64,000 nt of DNA, taken from assembly GCA_964016885.1 (NCBI GenBank), contig OZ024740.1, positions 358,980,001-359,044,000 on the forward strand, written 5' to 3'. Shown in pieces: positions 39,501 through 51,853 of the stretch. The notes under the pieces are model-generated. The model was not told the DNA's origin and made no database searches. It saw nothing but the letters and a program-made list of their open reading frames with translations. The translations under genes and the position numbers were made by a program. The stretch is from Eledone cirrhosa. Lineage: Eukaryota. Each line of letters opens with the position of its first letter. Within the stretch, counting starts at the first letter, position 1.

Positions 39501-40727
39501 ACCAAGCATATGTTCCTGTTGTATACAATAATACAGACGTTAGGCAGTCAAACGTAGAGAAAAATATTACAGTCTTCTTACTGAGAATCGACACATTACT
39601 TGTAACAAAAACAGCATTTTTCATTTAGTTTCTTTACTTCAAACACTGAACATAAAAACTAACTCAGCAATTCGATTTAAAACGTAAACACGAGAAAAGT
39701 GTTTGAAAAGAATATCGATTAATATGTTTTCCTAATTGTTTTTATTGAATATCATTTTTTTTTCAAAATTATCGATCAAAATTCGATATAAAATTCGTTA
39801 CTCATATTTACTATATATTGAATTCTCAAAGCGATTAAAAAGAAAACATATACTCCCTATTGCAATTAAATTATAGACAGGGAGAATGAAGAATATTTAA
39901 CGTTCGCGCATTTGTAATTACAATGAATAAATTAGCCGATGAATCAATGAGCCACTGACCTTTCCTACCCCAGTGTATTTGACAATAGGTGATTAGTCCT
40001 GTTGATTTGAAAAGGTGACTCTCTAAGCTATACTCAAGGTTGAGTAGATAAATAAACACTCTTTATAGGTGAAATTGGGATAACTTGGCGATGAACGTAG
40101 TTCGTTCTCTGTCAAATATAAGAAACGGAAAATGATTACAAACTATGAAATATTTAGTTACGGCGAATGTAACAACTATATTATAAATGTGTTATATTAA
40201 TGCTATATTTTATGTACATTAGAAAGTCAAAATGTCTCAGTGATATAAAGTGTGAAGAAATTGTTAAATCAATTGTTTTCAACAAATTTCTATTATCAAT
40301 ACTACATAACTAAAAATAGTTCTAAATCACGTACACAATGCAGTGAAGTGTTAAAATTGAGTCATGCCATTATTTCCAATCAAGTGATATAGGTATTCGG
40401 CTTTCAATATTTAGATAATGAATATGTGTCCCTATATTAACGTTGCCTTGTGTCCATGATTATAGCTGCTAATCTAATTAGGAATAATTTTGTATAATAT
40501 TGTTCTACTAGCTTGATTGAAATCACAACTAAGTTATCACAACAGTGATATTGAACTAACTCTACAAATATTATTGTTCGAAACTTTCTAAAACTTTATT
40601 CATTTCAACACACACACTCACACACACTAACACACACACGCAATTGTTTTATACTTTGTGAGGGTCCTGCTGCCAATAAAAGAAATCTCGCAAAACAAAT
40701 TCAAAAATGAATATATATATATATATA

Positions 40728-40918
40728 ACTAAGGAATTGTGGTAAGGAACAAGATGGACCATAACGCACCAGAGTACTCAATACTTAGGGTAGTAGAGTG
40801 GGAAATAGGAAAAAGTATGACCCCGACGGCAGAGCTCAAGCCGTTTCGACGGCTATTTCTGTCCAGAAATAGCCGTCGAAACGGCTTGAGCTCTGCCGTC
40901 GTGGTCATACTTTTTCCT
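40728..40918. mobile_element. Fold-back mini-element family F1, copy 3 (opposite orientation)
   Basis: Tail 40728-40804, then a near-perfect hairpin at 40805-40920; (TA)n on both sides. Confidence 0.9.
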
Positions 40919-41119
40919 ATATATATATATATATAGATAAATCTACCAAAATGTACGGTAGTGTCCAATCCGTATGAAGAACTCAATGTAATCCGAATAT
41001 CATGAAAAGAGAAGATGTATTCAAAAATTTTTTTCGATGAAAAGTAACGGAAAACAGAGTCAAGATAAATTAATAAAAATAATGAATAAACAAAGAAACA
41101 GTTCCTTATATTAAAAAAT

Positions 41120-41259
41120 TCATCATTTTACGATCGTTTCTAGGATATATATATGTTAGTGTTGGTATGCATATCCTATAGATCTATGTAAAATTTTTAC
41201 AAACTATCAGAGGGAATATACATACCTACACGTATATATGCTGTCTTCAGAAATAATGA
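41120..41259 (-). ncRNA. Type I hammerhead motif with a 103-nt stem II region
   Basis: Minus strand: tcattattt-CTGAAGA-[103 nt]-GAAA-c-gatc-g-TA-aaatgatga. Stem I is 9 bp (one G-U) and stem III is the palindrome ACGATCGT. Confidence 0.65.
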
Positions 41260-41708
41260 TATTTGTTTATTGAAAAAAACCAACAAAGATTTAATACAAT
41301 AGGTCTGTTTGGGAACAGGTTTTGAATTGACCAATAGAAAGATAGTGAAGGTCAAGATGGTAAAATAGTAGTAAAGGAACCTTAATTTATGGGTAGAGGA
41401 AGGTAGATTTTAGTTTTGGATGGAAAGAATATTATGAATGAAAGATTATTTTAGGGATGAAAATAGGTCATATGCTGTCTTCAGAAATAATTGTATTTGT
41501 TCATTGAATAAAACCAACAAAGATTTAATATAATAGGCCTGTTTGGGAACAGGTTTTGAATTGACCGATAGAAAGGTAATAACTGGCTAAATGGTAAAAT
41601 AGTAGTAATGGAAGTTTATTTTAGGGGTAGAAGAAGGCAGATTTCAGTTTTGAATGGAAGGAGTATGAAGAATGAAAAGGTCATTTTAGGGGGTGAAAAT
41701 CGGTCAGG
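41237..41708. repeat. About 233-bp tandem duplication in the Naiad 3' region
   Basis: tatgctgtcttcagaaataat...aggtca occurs at about 41237 and about 41471. Confidence 0.85.
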
Positions 41709-42290
41709 TCGGTAAAAGGTACACGAAAAATTGCTGTTATAAAAGAATAATGCCAATTTAAATATCTAAGGAGACTAAAATTTTACGATAAAAGTGTTAG
41801 TGAAAAAAATATATATGGAATTTACATCTATGAAAAGAAAATAAATTAATTTAATTGATAGGTATATTTATATTGATAAAACTATATTAATGCATATAGA
41901 TATGATAAATAAGATTTAGATGTAATTGAAGAGTGCTGTTAAAGACGAGGATAAATAAAAAAATTAAAAAAAAATATATATATATATAATTATTGGGGGG
42001 GGGGGGTTAAATTTATTAGTGAGAAATAATTAATATATAGAGATTACAAGGAACATAGAATCATAACCTGAAATTAAAATAGTATATATGTTTACTTAAT
42101 GGTATCAATTTTAGGAAAAGATAGTTGTAAAAAGGAAAATAAAATGATGTAGTTCATTAGTAGTAGAATATTAATTATAGGTTAACTAAATTAAAAAAAA
42201 TGTTATTATAATAATTTCTAAAATGTATATTAATTAGGTTTATAATATTTAAAGGTTTTTCTCAGTTTATGATTACACGATATTATTAAT

Positions 42291-42431
42291 TTCCAGCATA
42301 GTTACGTCCCTTTACGATCTGAGTTCAAATCCCGCCGAGGTTGACTTTGCCTTTCATCCTTACGGGGTCGATAAAATAAAGTACCAGTAATGCACTGGGT
42401 AATTGCTGGCCTTGTGCCTAAAGTAGAAACA
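42291..42431 (+). mobile_element. 5'-truncated tRNA-SINE inserted into the Naiad ORF
   Basis: Flanked by a duplicated attattaatt; removal restores LLNKRQELII-SCNHKLRK. Confidence 0.88.
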
Positions 42432-44404
42432 ATTATTAATTCCTGTCGCTTATTTAATAGGATATCCTTAGATTTCATTATTTCGAAAAGTTCTTGGGAA
42501 CACAATCTACATTCATATCTATTATTTTGATAAGGGGTGGCCCTTTTGAGCACACTCCAGGTCAGGTCATAATCTATATTCCTCTTTCTATAAATTATTA
42601 ATTATTTCAGCTAAAGATGTTGTATTAGCTAATGCGGCATTTTTAAAACTGTTTGTGGGTATTAAATCTTACTTTAAATTGGTTAGAGGTAGCTCCTATA
42701 TATGAATAAATTGAGTCCTTAGTGTTAACTTTACATTTATATACTATGTTATTAACAAGGCAATTTCCTTTTAATGGGCAATTTGCTTTGTTTCTACAGT
42801 CACAATTTTTCGTGAGTCCTGTATCAGAGGAAATATTATGGTTAGTTTGATGTACTGGTGGTATATTCATGGTTTTTTTTACATTTATATGCATTATAGT
42901 CACTTATATTTTGTTTTATGTTCTTGGTTGTTGAGTAGGAGAATTTAACCGTTGATCTATCTAAAATTTGATGGTATTTGTGGTTTGGCGGGAAGTTCTT
43001 CTCCAGGATATTAAACATTTTTTAGGTATATTATCCTTAATTTGTAAATTAAATGGAGCATTATACCAAGTAACTCGTCTATTACGGTTTCGATGTTGTT
43101 TATTGTTTTTATAGGATGTATCCTGATGTTTATTAAGAGAATTATTGTTAATGACTTCGCCACACACATTTTTAGTTAGATTCATTGATTTAGGTGTTTT
43201 AGCTTGTTTATTAGGAGTTTTATTATTAACATTTATTAGAGTAGTAGGATGAATAGTTTTTTGAGAGTTACTATATTGTATATTAGAAGAGTTAGAGAAA
43301 TTTGGTTTTATGTTGGTATTTTTGGGTATAGTGTGAGTGGCATTTAGGTGTGTATGTTTCATTTGGTGTTTGTTGGTAATATTAGGTTGTATGCTTGTAG
43401 TGTTATTGGTACAAGGTATATATACTAATTTACTTTTGTGGCCACTTCTAGCTAAAGCTTCGTTATAAAATGTCGCATTTTTATCAAATACATCCTGGTT
43501 AGACGAAAGGTTAGAAATTCTGAGTGAGATATTATATGCTAGGTTTTTAAGGATAGATTTAGGGTGATTAGATTGTGAGTGTATGTAATGTAAATTTTGG
43601 TTAGGTTTATGGTAAGGTTGGTAGATACCCGTAGATAAGTCTAATGTTATATCAAGGAAATTAATTACTTTACTTGTGTTTTCAAATGTAATATCTAGAC
43701 TATAATAGTCTTTGAGGAAATTTCTAATAAGCTTTTTATTTTTTTCTATCTCTGAAAGGCTAAGGTTATTGGAAAGAAGAAGACAGTCGTCACGATATAA
43801 ACCACCTTTAAGGTGGGGAAAGGACGCATTTATGTTAAAAAGAAGAAAGAGGCCCACAAGATCAGTAATTTGGACAGAATCACTTGAGCCCATAGTAATA
43901 TCGAATAGATTACTATATGTGTTTCTGGTCCAGTATTCATTTTGAAATTCCAATAGTGTTTGTCTAGCATGTGTAATAATATTAATGTCATCCAAAGTTA
44001 AGTTAGATCTATTTTTGGCAAATATCAGGGCTTTGTTCAGGAGTATAGGTGATATAGAGGAATAATAATTATCTATATCAAATTATAGAAATGAAGCAGA
44101 AGATTTATTTCTAATATTATTAAACCAGTTAATTACCTGGGATGTGTTTTCCCAGAGTGGTAAATTAACATGTTTTCTTAGTTGTGGGATGACTCTATCT
44201 AAAAAATGTTTACTAATGATTCCAATATCAGATTTGGAAGGGCATATAAGCCTTATAGAAGGATTAGAGTTAAAGTTAGATTTATGATCTTTCAGGTTGA
44301 AATGTGGTCTTTTCAGTGCTAAATCGTAAAATGATGAATTTTTTAATATAAGGAACTGTTTCTTTGTTTATTCATTATTTTTATTAATTTATATATATAT
44401 ATAT

Positions 44405-45850
44405 AATTCAAGAGATAAGAGTAACATGGTTGTCTGTACAATAAGGGCTTTATTCACAGTGCTGACAATTGTTTTTTTGATCCGGTAGGTCTAGAGTTCG
44501 CTAATCGCTAGATGTTGCGTCAATCGAACTTCAATACTTTGTTTATAACCAGTTAATTCCTCAGAGCGAACGAATGTGAGGATAATATACAAAGCATGGC
44601 TTTGTGGTATTAGACCAGAACAATAATATCAATAACAAAATAACATCAATATAAGTGAGAAATAGAATATAATGATAAAGGGATAAAACTAGCATGGTAA
44701 CCAAAGTGATATGATACAGATGTATAAAGTTGACATGTGAAAACTACTATAGGTTACTTTGGACGTAGTTTTCGAGGGATGAAGAGATAACTAATAAAAT
44801 GTACCCAGAGTCAGATTTTTGGAATCTGCCCCTTTAAGTGCAATTATGAGTGATCTAGATACAAGTGTGCTGTGGGTCTAAAGGCACGCTACCAATAAAC
44901 CGGAGATTGATTTATGGTCTGATAGATAAGTATTTTCGTTGTATTAATTTAGTTATATTGATAGAGTGAGTGTATACAGATATATGGTTCTTAGATAGTA
45001 TTAAGTGAAATTGTAGATTCAGTATTTTAAGGTTTAGGTGGTGTTCTAAATGTTGGGATTGTTAGGTCGAATCAAGGGGGTTTAGTTTTCACAACTTCGA
45101 TGACAAATAGCGTATAATTAAGACAATAAATCAACAATAAAATATGCATGGTAAATAGATAGAGAACATGATGAATAAAATTAGGGATAGGGTACATTGA
45201 GATGATCATAGTAGTAATAAGAAGAAAATAAGAAAATAAGAGTTTCAAGGAGTGTCAGGGTAATAAGATAATGTACTTAGAATTAACTTCATCTGTTAGA
45301 GATCGTGGGTGTTAATGTGAGATATGTAGATATAATTGTTTGGTCCGAAAGAATAAACAACAGCAAATGCTAGATTGATTTATGGGCTGACATGATAATT
45401 GGTAGAGGTTTGTTGATATTACTGCTCCATCTTGGTGATATAGATGTAGGGAGGCTGGAAGATGTTTATAAAATATTATGGTTCCGAGGTAGGCTGTGTG
45501 TGAATGCGGATTTCATACGTTAAATTCTAAGTGATTTTCCATTAAGTTCGGGGATGCTGGTTCGAATCACGGGGGTTTAAATCTCGTAAATTTAGTAGCA
45601 ATCCTATGTCTGCAGAAAATTGACTTTTCTATTTTACTGTTAAGCAGCATTTTATTGTACCTTAAGATATGTAGCAATTCAAGGTTGCAGAGCCCGCAAT
45701 GGGCCATACCGCTGCTATATGCCTTTGCGGCCGCTAATTTCGACCAGCTAATATTCTAATCAAGGTTTTTGTCCTTAAGTTGCCAGATTTTATTGGCGAG
45801 GGTTGTGGAATTCACCAGTGCACGGTTCTTCATCTTTTCTTTCGAATATT
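44405..45850 (-). mobile_element. Second Naiad-type PLE 3' fragment
   Basis: 45590-45830 on the minus strand reads NSTTLANKIWQLKDKNLD*NISWSKLAAAKAYSSGMAHCGLCNLELLHIL...LLNSKIEK..FCRH. The 3' region holds a diverged duplication of about 480 bp and a degenerate hammerhead at 44496-44571 (gttcgct-CTGAGGA...agcgaac, GAAA box lost). Confidence 0.75.
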
Positions 45851-46156
45851 AATAATAATATTCAATTCGTTTGCAATTATGCAAACATCCTGTGGATTGC
45901 CTATAACGATAACTTGTCATCCCGTATATATATAAAGAAAATTATCTCTCTACATGGCTGAATACAATAAATGTAATCTGAGTTTTTCTAATATTAATAA
46001 TAATAATAATAATAATAATGTAAACAGAATTGTTTACATGCCAATAAAAGAGCAAGAATGGGGGGGCTCATTCTACTGACATGGCTTTAAAAAAGAGGTT
46101 GTTTGCATAATTGCAAACGAATCGAATATTATTATTAATATTCGAAAAATTCAGAT

Positions 46157-46158
<2 letters not shown>
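45843..46158. mobile_element. F2 family copy with a short inverted partner
   Basis: 45934-46158 is homologous to the 2205-3443 pieces; 45843-45888 is the reverse complement of about 46100-46147. Confidence 0.7.
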
Positions 46159-46225
<67 letters not shown>

Positions 46226-46228
<3 letters not shown>

Positions 46229-49200
46229 TTGGGTGTGACATTAAACTACATCCAGTGGCAAGGCTCCAGTTCGGGAGTTCAGGAGATGTGGGGAATATGG
46301 AGTTACCCCTTAGTTGTCATGACTCCCAGGTCTGCCCTGGCCCGGGGTGGTAGTACCTGTTAGGGCTCCATTTATGGGTTAAATAACTACCTTATTCGAG
46401 TGGCGCCGGTAAGGTATTGTCAGCCATTGAAAAGAAATATGGAGAGTCGATCTAACAGCACTAGGGTTAGAGCCCCTAATTACACTGTCAAGGAGCAGCC
46501 TGGTCGTTATGACTCTGCTGGCTTAGAGCCACAGAGAGGGCCAGTGGATGATGGATCAGCTGTCTCTGAGACAAATATAAAGAATGCAGTTTTGTCCTGC
46601 AGAAGAGCCATCAAAATGGGCACTTTGAATGTGAGGACTATTCGAACGCTGGAGAAGAGAGAGGAGTTGGGACATCTGTTCGAGGAGAGTGGTATACAGA
46701 TACTTGCGATCCAAGAACACAGGATTCTACACGATGAGCCCGTGAGGAGTGTGATGATCGGGAGGAAGAGCCAGCTCATCACTACATCGGCAGTGAAGAA
46801 CACAACAAATGCTGCAGTAGGAGGAGTGGGTTTTGTGTTCAGTGCAAAAACCAATCTGTTGGTGAGGGAAATAATGCCTATCTCCCCGCGAGTGTTGAGG
46901 GTGACCTTCAATGGAAACCCAAGACTGACAGTCATCTCAGCCTATAGTCCAACCGAGAGGGACAGTGATGTGAATGCCGAGGAGTTCCATGAGGAAGTGT
47001 GTAGAGCTGTCAACACCACTCAGGCACACAATATCCTGCTTGTTTTGGGGGACTTCAATGCACATCTGAGTAAGGAGGGCAGTGAAGATCCTTGCTGGTA
47101 CTTCCATAACAACACCAACCGAAATGGAAGACTACTGAGAGACACCCTGCTGGAGGCGAACTTGATGGTGACCAACCTAAGGTTTAGGAAGAATCTGGGG
47201 AAGATGTGGACCTACATCTCAGATATGCACCTGTCCAAGTCCCAGATTGATTTCATTCTGGTGAGGAAAAAGTGGCGGAATAGTGTTCTGAACACGGAAC
47301 CATACAGCTATTTCAGTACATTGGGTAGTGACCACCGGCTTGTTATGAGTGAGGTCCGCGTGAGCTTAAGAAAGAGCAAGGCTCAGCCCCGGAGAACAAT
47401 CTATGACTGGGGAGCTTTCAAGGAAGATGATAAGCTACAGGAGAGGTTCACAGTGGAAGTGAGAAAGAGGTTTAGTGCTCTGTGTGGAGAGTCAGAGGAG
47501 AGAGAGATTGGATGGACTGAGGAGAGTGTGACGAGGAGGTACGGGCACTTCACCAATGCAGTGGCGAAAGCAAGTGAAACCCTGGTGCCGAGGAAAAAGA
47601 ACAAAGGGAAGCACGTCAGCTCTGCAGACCCAAAAGTGTGTGCAGCCAGAGAACACCTGAAAGCTGCCAGGGACCAATTCTATGCTGATCCTACAGAGGA
47701 GAGGATGGAGACTGTGGAGGTGATGAGGGAAGAGCTCTGTACCGCTTACACTGAGGTCAGAGAGGAGGCACTGATAGAGAAGATCAGAAGTGTGGAGAGA
47801 GCGGTTGACAGATCTGGATGTAAGGAGAGCTGGATGATCATCAACGAGATCACAGGGAGGAAGAAAAGGTGTTCGAGTCAGATCCAGGGAACGGGGCCCG
47901 AGGATAGGAAGAGGAAATGGCTAGACCATTTTAGGACCCTACTAGGAGAGCCACCCTCCACAGCCCAGAGCACTGGGGAGATCAGGCGGCTGTTTGAGGA
48001 ACTGGATGTTGAGACAGAGCCCTTCACCAGAGAGGAGCTTCAGATAGCCAAGAAGAAGATCAAGGAGGGCAAGGCTCATGGAGAAGATGGAGTGGCATCA
48101 GAGGTGATGAAGTGGTGTGATTTTGATGATATCATCCTGGGGTTCTGTAACGGGGCACTGGAGAAAGGAGTTGCCCCGAATCAGTGGAGGATCAGTAACA
48201 TCGTCCCAGTGCCAAAGAACGGAGATCTCTCTAACACCAACAACTACCGGGGGATCTCACTGACGTCCTCAACAGGATGATTCTTAACAGGATCCAGCCT
48301 GAGATGGAGAAGAAGATCAGGGACAACCAGAACGGCTTCAGAGAGGGTAGATCAACCACCAGTCACATCCTGATGCTGAGGAGGATATTAGAGGGAGCTA
48401 GAGCAAAGTGCCTTCCTGCGGTCATGGTTTTCATTGACTTTAGGAAGGCCTTTGATTCTGTGGACCGTTACTGCCTGATGAAGATCTTACAGGCTTATGG
48501 AATCCCCAAGAGGATAGTGGACCTGATATCACTGCTCTACACCAACACCAAAGCCCAAGTCATTACACCTGATGGGATGACAGAGTTCTTTGAGATACTG
48601 GCTGGAGTGCTCCAGGGAGATACATTGGCTCCCTACCTTTTTATCATCGTAGTGGACTATTGTATGCGCCTTGCACTGGAGAAACACCAGGACTCTGGCT
48701 TTACTGTAGCACCGGCTCAGAGCAGGAGAGTTGGGGCGAAAAAGGTATCGGATGCTGAATTTGCCGACGACATAGTTTTGGTGACAAATACAGTGAAGGA
48801 GGCAGAGGATTTGATGCGGGAGGTTGAGACTGTGTCGATGAGTGTGGGGCTGAGAATGAATGAGACTAAAACAAAATATCTGGTAGAGAATGTTGAGAAG
48901 CCAGAGGGGATCACTAATGTAGGCGGGAAGCCGCTGGAATTGGTTGAGGACTTCCTGTATTTGGGAGCAAAGATTGGGAATACGGAAGATGATGTGGTTG
49001 AGAGGAAGAGCAAGGCCTGGGCGGCGTGCCACAGCTTGAGATCGGTGTGGAAGTCGGACCTTCGTAGAGACCTGAAAATCCGCCTCTTCATTGCTGTAGT
49101 GGAGTCTGTGCTGCTGTATGGGTCTGAGACTTGGACACTGACCAAGAGACTCACTCAGATGGTGGATGGGTGCTACACGAGAATGCTGAGGATGGCTCTG

Positions 49201-49528
49201 AACATTAATCAGTATACACTGAGGATGAAAAACTCAGAGCTGTATGGGAGCCTCCCAAAAGTCAGCTCAAAAGTGACACAGAGGAGACTGAGGTTGGCTG
49301 GACATGCTCACCGACATCCAGAGTTGACATTGCACTCAGTGCTCTTTTGGGAGCCCCTACATGGACACACTGGAAGAGGAAGACCAAGGTTAACATATGT
49401 TGATGCCCTAAGGACAGACACTGGTCTGTTGGAGACGCAGGACATGGCAGCGATAATGAGGGACAGAGACCGCTGGAGAGAACTCGTCCATGGATCTCGG
49501 GAATTTTACCCGCCTTAGATAGATAGAT

Positions 49529-49530
<2 letters not shown>
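46226..49530 (+). mobile_element. RTE-clade LINE, full length, one frameshift
   Basis: APE (GTLNVRT, QEH, GDFNA, SDH) plus RT (NYRGISL, FIDFRKAFDSV, GVLQGDTLAP, FADD), with a small deletion near 48270. (TAGA)n tail; inserted in (TA)n. Confidence 0.95.
46439..49518 (+). pseudogene. RTE endonuclease-reverse transcriptase ORF (frameshifted)
   Basis: ORFs 46400-48280 and 48277-49518 are the two halves of one protein; first ATG at 46439. Confidence 0.88.
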
Positions 49531-49567
<37 letters not shown>

Positions 49568-49568
<1 letters not shown>

Positions 49569-49755
49569 GTTATTCCGGGTTGAATCGGAGGTAACCACAG
49601 TAAGTAAGGTACTCAATACATAGCAGAGTCTAAAAGTTTTAATATAGATGAGACTCTACAGGACTAGAACTGTTTCATTCTTTAGAAATCATCATGATGA
49701 TTTATAAAGAATGAAACAGTTCTAGTCCTGTAGAATATCATCTATATTAAAACTA
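49568..49755. mobile_element. Fold-back mini-element (tail plus about 120-bp hairpin) abutting a truncated PLE
   Basis: 49637-49695 is the reverse complement of 49696-49754, centred on catcatgatg. The right arm reads TGATGA...GAAAC (hammerhead remnant). Confidence 0.8.
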
Positions 49756-51784
49756 AGATCAGGCCCATCGTATCGAGCGTGGAGGGACCACTCTACACAA
49801 TTTCATGGCTCCTAGCCAGAATACTCAAACCCATCTTAGACACCTTGCCGGGACACGTTAACAGCTTTGAGGAGGTGTTGAAGCGCCTGCATGAAATGGA
49901 TCCCGACACCAGAAGGAATAACAGATATGCCTTCAGCCTTGATGTAGTCGCTCTCTACACCTCGGTCCCGGCACTCCCGGCCGTCAATATACTGATGGAA
50001 CGCGTCCAATCCACCGACTTACACTGCTTCGGGATCACCACCACTGACATCCACCAACTCCTATCCATCGTCGTCGACAACACCTACTTCGGATTCCTTG
50101 ACCAAACATACCAACAAACCTCGGGATTGCCCATGGGATCAAGCCTATCAGGTGTGCTAGCGATCTCTTACATGGACAACCTCGAACGCAAGGCACTCAA
50201 CGCCTGCCACCCCAACGCCGTAGCCTTTTTCTCAAGGTACATGGACGATATCCTCATCCTCACATATTCCCAAGACACGGCGAACAGAATCTATGAGACG
50301 TTCAACAACACGGATGAGAACATTGACTTCAGTGTTGAACACCCCAACGAAGACGGATCACTTGCCCTCCTCGACTTCCGAATCAACATCACGGAACAGG
50401 GAAGGATCCACTGCAACTTCTACCGAAAGGCAGCTTGCAGGGATCTGTTCGTTCACCACAAGTCCGCCCTCCCTAACAGTGCCAAAAGAGGATACATCAC
50501 GAACGAGATCGCGCGAATCAAAAACAGATGCAGCGATCCCGCGGGTGGTGTCACTCATACCAAGCGATTCCTTGAGGTGCTGGAGACGAACGGGTACCCT
50601 ACCTCGATCACAGACAAAATAGGAGACACGAGACACAAGAGACAGAGAGGCACCCAAGGCAAGTGCTTCCTTAAAATTCCACATCTGGGCGAGAATACCA
50701 CCAACGCTATCCGCAAGGCTATACGGAGGGAGGGCCTCGACATCCACCTGGCCCACTCGGGCCCCTCCCTGCGAAGATGCCTCTCCAAGAAACCCGGGAA
50801 ATCTACTGACGCATGCTCCCTCAGAGACTGCCCGATACGCCATGCGAATTGTTGCCTACGCACATACGTCGTGTATAAGATAGAATGTGACAGGTGCAAC
50901 CAATACTACATAGGTAGCACAATCCGACCTTTGCACATCCGGATCAAGGAACACACTAAAACCAGGGCCTCGTCTTTCCGGAAACACATAGACAAATGCG
51001 GAAACAAAGACGGAAGACCCATTGTCACAATTCTAGCGACTGAAAGAAACGTCGGCACGTTACGTATCAATGAAGCACTTTTTATCAAACGCCTGCAACC
51101 GTAAATAAACAACCGATTAGAGAGAAGCGAAATGAGATGGCTGGTTTAAGTTAACAAACGATGTAGCAACACACAACACACGCACACACAAACGAGACAA
51201 CTACACACACACACACAATCAGTAGCATTCCACCATACGAACATACTACACTGCCAATACAGAGGAACAAGGCAACTACACACGCACAAACACACACACT
51301 CAAGCGAGACAACAACACACGCACACACACACACACACACACAGTAACATTTAACAAACAGGCAGAGAATGGACTGACAGCTAGCGCCACCCCACTCCCT
51401 CATTCGGCCGCTGACCTCTGCCCGACCGACCCCATTTCACGCGCACGCGCGCTCTGCCGAATACCTCAGATATTCAAAACAACAAACAGCGGAGGACGCG
51501 TTTCGCACCTGTCCGACAGACAACATTTACCCCGGAAAAAAAACCCAGTTGATGGATGTGAATCCGAAATATATGGGACTATTAAATCTCTCCCAAGGTA
51601 ACTCTCTCTTGTGTTGTTATTTTTATTTTATCGTTATACTCTTCCCTTCTTTCTTCTACACATTTAAACATCTTTACACACCACGCATCTCAACGTACAC
51701 CCACTTACATCTGTCTCTCCACCACCGGATCTTGTTGCCCGGAGATTTACCCATTTGCATTGTCGAGGCTTCCAAACGACTTAA

Positions 51785-51788
<4 letters not shown>
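49755..51788 (+). mobile_element. Penelope-like element (Neptune/Nematis-like), 5'-truncated, RT plus GIY-YIG
   Basis: IRPIVS, SLDVVALYTSV, GLPMGSSLS, RYMDD, FYRK, a Cys-rich linker and VVYKIEC..C...YIGST. The stop at 51102 is probably premature (paralogs read PQINN/PRINN). A degenerate hammerhead lies at 51544-51577. Confidence 0.88.

Positions 51789-51846
<58 letters not shown>

Positions 51847-51853
<7 letters not shown>

Larger units (their letters stand above)
40936..44393 (-). mobile_element. Naiad-type Penelope-like element, 5'-truncated, with an inverted terminal repeat
   Basis: RT motifs LKDHK..F...P..RLI, MGSSDSVQITDLVG and GLYRDD; endonuclease CDCRNKANCPLKGNC..IVYKC..YIGAT. 44323-44393 is an inverted copy of 41063-41133. 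(TA)n flanks. Confidence 0.88.
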
